Of a stretch of DNA of 64,000 bases, positions 52,310 to 64,000 are shown in pieces (positions within the stretch are counted from its first letter, which is position 1; each line of letters opens with the position of its first letter). The notes below the pieces were generated by a model. It had not been told where the DNA came from, did no database searches, and was given only the letters and a program-made list of their open reading frames with translations. The DNA is taken from assembly GCF_006345805.1 (NCBI RefSeq), contig NC_043002.1, forward strand, positions 37,510,001-37,574,000, written 5' to 3'. This DNA is from Octopus sinensis. Taxonomy: Eukaryota. A program made the translations under genes and the position numbers.

Positions 52310-54274
52310 AATGTACAACAGGTTTCTTTCAGTTTCCATCAACCAAATCTACTCAGAAGGTTTTGATCATCCCAAGGCTATAGCGCTATACCATGAGATT
52401 GAACTCAAGACCATATGGTTGTCGGTGGAAGTGAATTTGCTACTTCGTAGTCATGCTCGCCCAAATTTTAAACTATACAGTTACAGAAATAAATACAAAA
52501 CAAAAACAAAGTCAAAAACAAGAAAAAGACAACAAAAATAGAAAAGTGAGAACAAAACGATGGTTTAAATTAAACTTCTTTTGTCCTGTGGAGAAACCAC
52601 AAAACAACATTAAAAATAGAGTAAAAAGTGTCTTAAAGTGCCATGCTTTACTAAAGAATACATAAAATGTTATTGAATGGTGATTATGACTCATCAGCTA
52701 CAAAAAATGAAAAGGAAAAGAAAATCGAAAATAAACATGTTAATAATATATATATATGTATGTATATATATTTTCCCCCCAAACTACAATTATTCTAATC
52801 AAACATCTAAGTTATGTTCATATTGAATATTTAGAAAGATTCAGTCACAGATAGGCATCATTATGTTACTCAAGCCAATTTTAACTTGGCATACATGCCA
52901 GTTTGTTACTCCTTGCCACCATCCGGCTTCTCCACACACCCAACCATCACCGGCACCGCCACCAACACCATCGTTACTAACACTAACACAACCAGCGCCG
53001 CCAACACCACCTGCGCCCCCCACCCCCACCCAACGCCACCAACTCCACCAGCATCACAGCCCTTGAACAATTTTTATTATGTTTTGAAACTGATGGTATA
53101 ATATACAAATTAAGAAGATTTAAAACTGCAATTCTAAACAAACCAAAACTGTACACAAATAGGTATACAGCTGATTTGGATTCTGCGTGTGTGTGTGTGT
53201 ATGCTTGTATACATATGTATGCATATGTGTATGTGTTAGTATATATAAATAAATGTATGTACATAAATATATGTGTGTGTATGTATACACACATATATAC
53301 ATATATATATGTATATATTTATATATATATACACATATATATAAATATACCTACATGTATATGATTAATATAATTATATACATATGTATACATATGTATG
53401 TATATATATATATATATGTATGTATGTATTGTATGTATGCATGTATATTTATATATGCACACTAATATATATGGTTAGTATTTTATGAAACATTGATAGA
53501 TATCGTATAAAACGAAGACACTTTACTTGTAGATTAACTATTGATTAACTATCACAGTGGCCACAAACTATAGAGATTGTCTTCTTACCGACATTCTATA
53601 TCTACACTAATTATTGTTTTTATTCTTTAGTAAAAAAAAACAAAAAACACATTTAATTTTGTATTTTACATTTTAAAGAGGAGAGAAAAAAAATAACACA
53701 CACACTTTTTGAATTGGAACTTGCTTTACCAAACTGTAAAATATGCATCACAGCTGCTTTATTGTTGGCATTAAATAACAAAACAACTGACTTTGTGATG
53801 CAAGAGCACATAAAAATGTTTCAATATGTAAAACCATCCTACACATCATACATACAAGGTGTGAGAAAAGAAAAAAAGAAGTGAAAACCGTTGATAACGT
53901 ACACCAGATTGTCAACGTTAAATAACCTTTGATAAAAACCATGAATAACACTGAGTCATTTGTCAATTTTTTTTTAAACTCTCTGATGATGAAAATGGTT
54001 AACAAAGGAAAATTTGTAAGCTACCTTCTATTTATCATTTACCTTTTACAGGTTTCACCATACTAGGGCCCAGAATGTTAAAAGCCAAAATAATTGCTAG
54101 CTCTTTAACAATTCCACCAAGCTGTCACTGTTCCATAAAAGTTACTTATTTAGACATATAGCCAGTAATTTTGAGGTGTCAAGGTTAGTTAATACCGTTG
54201 ATCTTGAAAGAATGAAAGACCTTGGCGTCATTTAGACTATGAACATAAGAAGTTGGAAGAAATATTACAAGACC

Positions 54275-54320
<46 letters not shown>

Positions 54321-54699
54321 TGCTTGTATGTATACACATACATTTCAGTGAGTGTATGTACATATGTATGTATGCATTTATGTATTGTATGGATTACAAA
54401 CAATTGAAAAATTATTCAGTATACAATTCACACAGCATTGTTGCTCAGAATTTCTCCCCTTTGTATTTTTATTGGATTTAAAAATCATTTTGTATTCATT
54501 GAATATCAAAAAGAATTTTGTGACTCATTTATTGAAAATACACACCAATGACACATAATAGCTACATTCATGTCCAATTATTTAATTTAGGGAGCTTCAC
54601 AAAACTAATTAGTAATAATTATATGGTGAGAAAAAATAAACAATAAAAGCAATATCAATCAGTGACTAATGTTTAAATTATTTCTGCCAGTATGGGAGA

Positions 54700-55740
54700 C
54701 AAGCCTGGTTTATGTTTCAGAATTATTATGACTTCATCAGTAAATATTTAGAGTCATTGGGTAGATGTATAACTTTGTACATTGGTTGGTGTAGGAAATA
54801 GAATTCTTTTGAGAAAAACTCAGATTAGTGCAACTCACTCAGTGCAGGAGTAGCTGTGTAGTAAGTAGCTTGCTTACAAACCACATGGTTCTGGGTTCAT
54901 TCCCACTGCATGGCACCTTGGGCAAGTGTCTTCTACTATAGCCTCGGGCCGACCAAAGCTTTATGAGTGGATTTGGTAGACAGAAACTGAAAGGAGCCTG
55001 TCGTATAAATGTATGTATGTATATATATATGTATGTGTGTGTATATGTTTGTGTATCTGTGTTTGTCCCCCAACATTGCTTAACAACTGATGCTGGTGTG
55101 TTTACATCCCCGTAACTTAGTAGTTCAGCAAAAGAGACTGATAGAATAAGTACTAGGCTTACAAAGAATGAGTCCTGGGGTTGATTTACTCGACTAAAAG
55201 TGGTGCTCTAGTATGGCTGCAGTCAAATTACTGAAACAAGTAAAAGAGTAACGGAGTATTGCTATTTCAGCTTTGACAGTGCTGTTGTTGTATCCACAGG
55301 GACCCTAGACTTCATCCAGAAAAGGGTCATTCATCTGATTAGCTTAAAGTCACTGACAGATGATTCAGCCTGTTTCACTGGCATACTATCTCCTCATTCT
55401 GTCTTCTCTACCATTAGTATATAATGGTATTTACTCCTTTGAGATGATTGAGTTCAAGTCACTCCAATTTAGATTTTATCAACCAATTCATCTTTCCTTA
55501 TCTCATCATCTTTATTGTGCTCAACCCTTCCAGGGTCTGCACTAATCCCTACTTCCCAGAACATCGAGGTTTTGGAATTCCCTCATTGGTCATGTCTTTC
55601 CTACAGGTTTAACTTACAAATGTTCAAGAGGAACACCAATGGCATTAATATCCATTGTCTAGGAAAGCCATGGACCCTGCTCCTTCAGCCAGGGGTTATT
55701 AAACAGAAGGGTTATTATACTGAGTCTTCCAGACCCAGTA
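54700..55740 (+). pseudogene. CR1/Jockey-group LINE C-terminus split by the SINE at 54841-55250
   Basis: EYC...DSA, LDFIQKRVIHLI, YNGIYSFEM, FPRTSRFWNSL..HVFP, FNLQMFKRN. Confidence 0.75.
54841..55250 (+). mobile_element. Dominant SINE, full length; another copy with an internal deletion at 58514-58894(+)
   Basis: Family head and gtaaaagag tail. Confidence 0.9.
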
Positions 55741-56675
55741 TAATAACCCTTTTGTTACTGTATGTCTATTGAAATATACTGCTTTTGTTTAAATTTATTC
55801 GGAAAATAATAATGAGTTTAAATAAAATAGCTCATTATAATACTGATGTTTAGAACATAAGCTAACATTAAATTTTGATAGGTTTTGATTTAGATCAATT
55901 TAAAACAGGAAATTTGTATGATAGAACCAAAGTTAGCCTCAGATGAGTTAGCATCAAAAGGGTTAAAAAACTGAGAAGTGATCTAGAATTATCATATTTT
56001 ATAAATCTTCTTTAACCTAGTGGCACATATACAGAATTCATAACAACACCATGTCCGATATCTCAGAATTACACTCTTCAAGACCACATGCTTTATACTT
56101 TGTCTTTATTGTCTATCACCCAGTCTAAGAGATCTTAAAAAAAAAAAAAAGATGCTATGGGCATTACTAATTTTCCAGACTAATGATAAAAACATAAGTA
56201 GTCAAAATGTAACAGATGTTATTTACAAAATATCGCGAATATTGGTATAATACATAATATTTACAAAACATAATATTGTATTATAAAGCATTATTCTCTA
56301 AACAGTACAGTCTTTCTCACAATAAAATATTCTAGCCAATTATTAAAAGATAAGAGTTCATATGACGCTATATTTCCATTGTGCAGCAATTCCATTTTTC
56401 TCATGTTCTAATGACTAGAATACAAGTGTAATTATTAGATTTGTTCTGTCGTTACTAACTTGTTATTAGCCTGATGCCTTTGATATAAGGTACTTCACTA
56501 AAAGCAGCTATTTACAAAGGCAGAAAAGCCATTAATTTGTTTTCCATCTCTTTCTCTGTCTCTCTTTATCTTTCTTGTTATTTTTCTCTCACACTTCTCT
56601 CTCTCTCCTCCCTTCTCTTCCTCTCATTCTTTCTTTTTTTCTTTCTCTCTTTCTCTCACATCAATTTTTCTGTAG

Positions 56676-56702
56676 AGATCCTTCAGAAACTGTGGTTTGA
56701 AG
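56676..56702 (+). other. Candidate 27-nt microexon
   Basis: ~130-nt pyrimidine tract, ttttctgtAG|agatccttcagaaactgtggtttgaag|GTaaat. Confidence 0.35.
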
Positions 56703-57778
56703 GTAAATAAAGGAAATAAAGGCAAAAATAGAACAATATGTTTCTGTTGTTGTTTTTTCTTTCAATGGTTACCTAAGGATGGGAATTATCAAGCCAAAAA
56801 TTGTATTTAAAATAAATAAATGAATGAATAAATAATTAGATGAATAAATGTAATCAATTTTTATTCATAAATCAATAACACTGTTGCAATGGAATATTGC
56901 TTTTTTCTCAAATTATTAATGAAATATAGGAATGGAAAAAGCTGTGTGATTTAGAAGTCTAGTTTGCAACTGTTTGAGTTAGGGTTTGATTCCACCAAGT
57001 GACACGTTAGCCTAGTGTCATCTTTTGAGACCACCTGCATAGAAGTGTTCATGTTTAAATTAAAATTTGAATTCAAATCTTGTCATTATGTGAATGATAA
57101 TGCAAAATATCAACAGGTCAGTTGTGACTTTTGCTAATGAGCAGTCTAAACACCAGTTTCATTTAGAAAAGAATAAGACAAGCCTACAAAAAAAATGACT
57201 CTAGAACCTCGGTTGATTCTCAACCAGGGTCCATAGACCTCTGGGGTGCTCATATAAGATTTCTTTTTAGGGTGGGGTACACTAGCAAAATAGAAAATTG
57301 GGGATCCACAGTAGTATTTTAAATATCTATTTACAGTTTTGATTTAAATGTATCTATTACAAGAAAGAGCCAGGTTTCTTTCCCTGTCATTTTCAAAGTT
57401 CAACTTATACAAGTTAATGCATGATAAACAAAATAGGAAGTTTGAAAGAAGTTTCTATAAAACTAGTTTTTAAATATCGAATGGTTATGGCAGGTAGCAG
57501 GGTCCTCCAGAATAAAGTTGTAATGCAAGGGGGTCTATAAATAAATAAAAATTGGTTAAGAAATCCTGCTCTAGTTCATCGTTTGTTTCTCTAGGAATGG
57601 CAGCCAAAACTCCCTAAGACCATTCCATATGCACTTAAAAATAGACATTGGATAATGTGGTCCAAAATGCAGTATGTCAGAAGATGTTTTTTGATTACAA
57701 GGTTGTATGATCAGAGCTGTCCAGAGACTAAACAACAACATCAACAACAGCAGCAATAATAGCAACAACAACAACAAC

Positions 57779-57845
<67 letters not shown>

Positions 57846-58894
57846 CCTATGAACAATATTCTAATATATGCAGTCAGAATCAGTGAGTCTGTCTCTACTT
57901 GGTTGTTCAATCTTCTAGAAATAACAACTAAGTTTCCTGCAAATCATATCTTGACTTCCCCTTCCCCCAAAATTGGTGGCCTTGTGCTAAAATTGAAAAT
58001 CAATATTTCATTTTATGAGGCATTGAGCTGACAGATTTGTTAGTGTGCCAGGCAAGATGCTCAGCAGCATTTTGTCCATCTTTATGTTCTGAGTTCAAAT
58101 TCTTCTGCGGGCCAACTTTGCCTTTCATCCTTTTGGGGGTTGATAAAAATAAGTACCAGTTGAGCACTGGGGTTAATCTAATTGACTTACCCCATCCTCA
58201 AAAATTACTGGTCTTAAATATATTGATATGCAAATTTTAGGTGCACGTACAAATATGTACATGCACCTAAAATGCTAGCAGAATTGCTAGCATGCTAGGC
58301 AAAATGCTTAGCAACATTATATCCATCTGTATGGTCTGAGTTCAAATTAAGCAAAGGCTGACTTATCCTTTCATCTTTCTAGGTGCCATTTGAGCTCCAG
58401 GGTTGATGCAATTGACCTACGACCTTCCTTCAAAATTATGGGCCTTGTGCCCGAATATGAAACCAGTATTTCATTTTTTTATATTAAATATATAGATATA
58501 TATATATATTAAAGGTTCAAGTATGTGGCTGTGTGGTAAGTAGCTTGCTTACCAACAACATGGTTATGGGTTCAGTCCCACTGCATGGCACCTTGGGCAA
58601 GTGTCTTCTACTATAGCTTCAGTAGATTTGGTGGATAGAAGCTGAATGAAGCTAATTGTATATATGTGTGTGTGTGTGTATGTTTTTGTCTGTGTTTGTC
58701 CCCCCACCATTGCTTGACAATCAATGCTGGTGTGTTTACATTCCTGTAACTTAGCAGTTCAGCAAAAGGGACCGATAGAATAAGTACTAGGCTTACAAAG
58801 AATAAGTCCTGTGGTTGATTTGTTCGACTAAAGGTGGTGCTCCAGGATGGCCCCAGTCAAATAAGTGAAACAAGTAAAAGAGAGTAAAAGAGTA

Positions 58895-59350
58895 TGAATG
58901 TATGTTTGAGAAGCTTGCTTCCCAATCATGCAGTCTCGGGTTCAGCCTCACTGTCTGGCATCATGGTCAGCTATCTTCTGCTGTAGCCCTGGATCAACCA
59001 AAACCTTGTAAATAGTATTGATAAGTGGAAACTGTATGTGTGTGTTCGAGTTTGTACTTATGAGTGTGTGTGTATATATATATCTTTGTCTTGACATGTC
59101 ATGATGGTTGTAAACATGCTTCACCATCATACAAGTGTACAAGTGATTTAGCTCATTTCCATTCTTCCATGGAAAACATCTTTGACTATGAGAAATATAA
59201 CTTTGCTTGGAAATAGGTGAAGCTTGGCAACAGAAAGGGTATTCAGCCATAGAAAACCTGCCCCAACAAATTCCATCTAACACTTGCGAACATGGAAAAG
59301 TGGATGTTAAAATAATGATGACAATGATAATGATGATGATGATGATGCTG
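58895..59350 (+). mobile_element. Hybrid SINE (dominant-family head + RTE-type tail); inverted copy ~59850-60330
   Basis: gaagcttgcttcccaa..gggttcag head; ttggcaacagaaagggtattcagcc and catggaaaagtggatgttaaa+(TGA)n tail. Confidence 0.7.
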
Positions 59351-61095
59351 ATGCATATCATAAGAAAATAATCTAAAAAGAAATAATAAATCTTCATTAC
59401 ATTACCATGTTTTTTTTTTTGTCTTGTTTTTCTTGATAAAACCAACTGGGGACAAAATTTTGCGGTTTAATATCATTTATTATATCATACCACTAATTTT
59501 TAATCAAGATTTTGAAGAAAAATATGCATATTACACATGAAGTTTAATGGTAATTAATTTTTACTTTCTATCATTAAATAAGTAATCTAAAAGATTATAA
59601 GTAATTCTGACTGCTCAGAAGCTGTATGATATTCCAATTAGATTTATATCATTAATTTTCAGTCATCAGCACTGTATGTTATCTCCAGAGAGCTATATTT
59701 CACTAAATGACTTTAGAGCAAAGTTAAATATTTATTCTTATATAGAATTAATTAATTCATATGCTCTATGCTGTTTTAAGTTTTTTTTCTTGCTAGCTAC
59801 AGCATATTTCAAATATGCTGTATAGAAATGAAATCATCGTTAGCATTGTCGTCGTTATCATCATCTTAATGTTTATGCATTTACTTTTTGTAGTATTTTA
59901 TGAATCATAGGAAATTTGTTTAAATGAATTTTTCCTTCATCCATATATTTTTTTTTCCTGTCACCTGCTCCCACATGCTTTCAAGCCAAGCAATATTTCC
60001 CATCGTCCTTTGAGCACAAACAGAAACAATGCTTGGGCATGCTTTCATTGAAGACTGCAAACAAACGACACTGCTTGTAGGCCAGTGAGGTTTGTTTACA
60101 ATTACAACATCAATATCAAGACAAAGAGTTACACCCAAATGCATACACACACACTCACACAAACACAAACACACAAACACTCTCTCTTTCTGTTTCTCTC
60201 TCTCTCTCACACACACACATGTGTGTGCATTCGATGGGCTTCCTTCAAGAGTTCATCTACCAAAACCTACACACAAGGTTTGCATTGGCCTGGGGTTGTA
60301 TATAAAGATACTTGCACATTGTGTAACATAATACAGCTAGAAAATGTGCAATGCAAGACATAGTTTGGGTATACAGAATTTGCAGTGTGATAAAATATCT
60401 TTCATTGTTGTGGAATGAATGAAGTTAACTCAGATACATTCATGTCAAGAAAGAACACAATGCATGTCTGCACATCAGGTTCTTCATACTGGAAGAAATT
60501 ACATTGACAGTTGTACACTTGACAACAGTGTCATCGCAATAATCTGATAAATTAAGCAGTGATACGATGTGTGGTAACATTGAGAAAACAAGACTGTTTA
60601 CCAAAAAAAAAAAAAAAAAAAGAAAGCAAAAATAAAACAATCAAACGTATATACACTTATTGTAATCATTCTGAAATTGTGCTTTTCTACAGACATAGAA
60701 TTTAAGATTGTTGTAGATATATAACTGGATATAAAGAGATAAATGTAGGTAATTTAAGTCATCTCTATAATCTTAATCTGATATATTAAGTAATGATAGT
60801 GGTGGTGGTGGTGGGAGGAAATGTTAACATCAAGAAAGATAAGCTTATTTAGGAAAAACAAATGTGCATATGCATGTTGTAGTTATTTCTGTGTTATGAT
60901 TTTGTATGCTAGAACAGGTATTTGAGATTTTGTTGGTTTAATGGGATGTAAATGGGAGAAATGCAGAAAATTTGAAGGCACTGGGCTAATTGATAACCCA
61001 GATGTTCTTTATGGCCTGATAGAGCCTTTATGATTTACATCTAAGCGTATCTTCCTCCTCTTCCATACATACATACATACATACATGCATGTATT

Positions 61096-61135
<40 letters not shown>

Positions 61136-61139
<4 letters not shown>

Positions 61140-61330
61140 AAATACAAAATGGGACAAGAACGCAAAACATCTGGACAACTAAATGATACAAAAAGGGACA
61201 ACAAAACATCCAGATAGACGATACAAAAAAAAAACAAGGACGGGTCATTCGAAGCTTTCTATCCTCAGTCAAGAACCGGATAATCCTTGCAATTTCAGCT
61301 GTGCATTCTTGTCCCATTTTGTATTTTATA
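61136..61330 (-). mobile_element. Small element with 29-bp terminal inverted repeat in a TA/TACA tract (Penelope-like end or MITE)
   Basis: tataaaatacaaaatgggacaagaacgca vs tgcattcttgtcccattttgtattttata (28/29). Confidence 0.6.
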
Positions 61331-61623
61331 CATACATACATACATACATGCATTCATACATGCATTCATACATGCATTCATACATAAATACCTGCATTAA
61401 TACATGCATTCATACATTCATACATATATACATACATACATGCATGCATGCATACATACATGCATGTATACATACATAGTGGGATTATAAAAATTTGCAA
61501 GAGCTTCTTAAGATTTAAAAGACGATGGACAAAACAAGATGCTTTCCTTCACAACCTTGCTGCCAAGCAGGCAACTGGTCAAAATTCATTCTAAATTAAA
61601 AAGAGAAAGAGAACATACACACA

Positions 61624-61624
<1 letters not shown>

Positions 61625-61658
<34 letters not shown>

Positions 61659-61740
61659 GCACTCCGTCGGTTATGAAAATAAGGGTTTCGGATGATCTAA
61701 TCAACAGAACAGCCTTGTCATATTGAAATTAAAGCGAAAT
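61625..61740 (-). mobile_element. Short retroposon 3'-end fragment with (TAG)n tail
   Basis: (tac)n followed by agcactccgtcggtt; the family is recalled from memory and has only one copy here. Confidence 0.35.
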
Positions 61741-61837
61741 GTTGACCCGTATTATAGTTCCTTCACTCCATCCATCCACACATACATGTATGTACATCTC
61801 TCTCTCTTTCTCCCCCTATCTATATGAAAATAATAAA

Positions 61838-62087
61838 TGTGCCTTTTAAAGCCTAGCCAGGCTCATGGGCCCGGTTTCCCGTTTCAATGGCGTATGTGTT
61901 CCCCAGCTGAACGGGACACTAGTCCATCGCAGCGTTACTCAATTTTGTCAGCTGAGTGGACTGGAGCAACGCGAAATGAGTTGTTTTGCTCAAAAACACA
62001 ATGTGTCGCCCTGTCCAGCAATCGAAACCAACCACAATCTTACGACCATGATGCTGACACCCTAACCACAAAGCCACGCGCCTCCAC
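61838..62087 (-). mobile_element. tRNA-derived SINE: CORE-like middle (as 8500) + V-like tail (as 13316)
   Basis: Minus strand gtggaggcgcgtggc...tgtgtttttgagcaaaac...cactcagctg then gctgcgatggactagtgtcccgttcagctgggg. Confidence 0.8.
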
Positions 62088-62433
62088 ACACACACACATA
62101 CATACATACATATATATATATATGTAAATATATATATGTGTATGTGTGTGTATAGTTAAATCGATGAAAAGAGTACAGCGAATTTGCCATGGAGGAGTGG
62201 AAAAATCCGACGTTTCAAACATTCCTTTTTTTTGAGAGAAAAGTTAACAAGAGTGAAATTAATGTGAGACAGCAGAGTTTTACATCCTCTAAACTGAGAT
62301 AAATTGTAAGAAACAAAGGAGGGAAAGATACTGGTTGGAATTCAGTGTACTCTTTTTTTTTGTTGATTTTATTACATAATAATTGTCTTGCTGACGTAGA
62401 CCAACTTCAATCTCTTTGGTGTCTGATTACACA

Positions 62434-62492
<59 letters not shown>

Positions 62493-62870
62493 CATGTACA
62501 TACCATGTATGTGCATTTGAATTTAAACTTAATGAGCTGTTTGTGATATGGATTAGGAGGTCTAAAATTAAAATGAAAGAAATTAAAATTGATAGCAGAG
62601 AGTTGTCGAAAAATGTCAAATATAATCACACACACGTATGCAGTCAAGCCCACAAAGCACATATACACCAATACGCCACATCTACTCACACATACTCACA
62701 ACACACCTATGCTCAAGCCTGCTAAAAACTTATGATAACAGAAGAAAAAAGGTATACAGATAAATACAGTCTGTGAAAATAATACAAAAGAAGATAATTG
62801 CCTATTTATATACTGAAGAAAATGCATTCCAAATGTGTAGGTGTATGTATGTATGTATGTATGTATGTAT

Positions 62871-62920
<50 letters not shown>

Positions 62921-62964
62921 TATATATATGTATATATATATGTATATATATATGTGTATATATA

Positions 62965-62997
<33 letters not shown>

Positions 62998-63270
62998 GTA
63001 TATGTATGTATATGTAAATGTATATATATATGTATATGTATGTATATGTATATATATATATGTATGTATATGTATATATATGTATATATATATGTATATG
63101 TATGTATATATATATGTATATGTATATATATTTATGTATATGTATGTATATATATGTATATCTATGTATATATATATATGTATATGTATGTATATATATG
63201 TATGTATATCTATGTATATATATATATATATGTATATGTATGTATATCTATGTATATATATATATATATG

Positions 63271-63340
<70 letters not shown>

Positions 63341-63343
<3 letters not shown>

Positions 63344-64000
63344 GGTGCGATGAATAAATTGTCGAAATCATATATTTTTAATTTCTCGCGTGTGCATTGC
63401 TTGTTTTTGCTTTTGTTGACTACACAGTTGGGCACCGTCTGTGAGAAAAACAGGACCATGATGCACTTCCCTCTGCCAGAAATTTGGAAACGACATGCTG
63501 TACCGCCTGGCATTTGCGCCGGAAGCTCCAATACGAATATTTCAGGGTGTTTGGGTGTCAATCTAGGGGCAGTGCAGAGAATTCGGAAAGAGTTGGATGT
63601 GTCTAATGGCGATTACGAAGGTACGGCAGCTCGGAAAACTCACTCTGATCGTTCTTTAAGGGGGGAACTCCTGAATTTGTTGGTGATCTCTAGGTCATGA
63701 TTGATAACGATCTCTCCAAATCAATCAGATCAATCGCAAGGGACACTGGAGTGTCTGAGTTTCTTATCAGGCAGTGTATGAAGACATTCGGTCTTCCTCA
63801 TACAAGATCAGAAAAGGCTAATTTTTTATCCCAAGCCATTAAGGACAAGAGGAAAGACCGCGCTACAAAACCTTTGAACAAACTCAAGCATCCCCTTCAA
63901 CCGAACATGCTTTGGTTTTTCTCAGACAAGAAAAATTTCTGCCAGGATCAGATGGTGAACACACACAACAACTGTTGGCTTGCCTTGTTCCCAAAACAAG
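63341..64000 (+). mobile_element. 5' part of a maT/DD37D (Bmmar1-like) Tc1/mariner transposon; transposase pseudogene from ATG 63458, runs off the window
   Basis: TA|cagggtgcgatgaataaattg TIR; HTH-like segments [17 protein letters not shown] and SIRSIARDTGVS; WFFSDKKNF..Q..N..N (cf. FSDEK.F); stops and frameshifts. Confidence 0.85.

Noticed and set aside
54700-54745. Minus-strand ctgatga...gaaa hammerhead (also ctgacga at ~31170 and ctgatga at ~44616)
   Set aside because: Stem II or stem I does not pair, or GAAA is absent.
62773-63700. Longest ORFs (194-251 aa) and all other YI/HT/CV-rich ORFs as genes
   Set aside because: They are translations of stop-free (TA)n/(CA)n microsatellites; only the transposase-derived tail is meaningful.
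1-64000. CRISPR arrays, operons, rRNA or other prokaryotic systems
   Set aside because: No regularly spaced repeat-spacer array or dense coding; the sequence is eukaryotic repeat-rich DNA.

Overview
AT-rich, microsatellite-dense eukaryotic (metazoan) genomic DNA. The repeat complement looks like Octopus/coleoid cephalopod DNA; this is recognised from memory of the families, not from a search. I find no intact protein-coding gene, rRNA or genuine tRNA. Almost every long ORF in the track is a (TA)n/(CA)n/trinucleotide artefact or reads through a SINE. The window is intronic or intergenic. It contains several tRNA-derived SINE families, RTE-dependent non-autonomous elements and decayed LINEs (R4/Dong with restriction-like endonuclease, RTE, CR1/L2/Jockey-group). 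It also contains piggyBac-type (TTAA) and hAT-type MITEs, two pieces of a maT/DD37D-like Tc1/mariner transposon and a ~985-bp near-perfect tandem duplication. Most interesting: (i) Penelope-type minimal hammerhead ribozyme (HHR) motifs, one inside a 417-bp insertion that looks like 1.24 turns of a 337-nt circular RNA (retrozyme-like), and three sitting in (TA)n tracts with unusually long stem II; (ii) a hAT MITE carrying an inverted copy of its own downstream flank; (iii) mix-and-match SINE modules and an in-window LINE/non-autonomous partner pair; (iv) a spacer-less 72-bp palindrome; (v) a candidate 27-nt microexon. Coordinates of decayed repeats were read by eye and are approximate.
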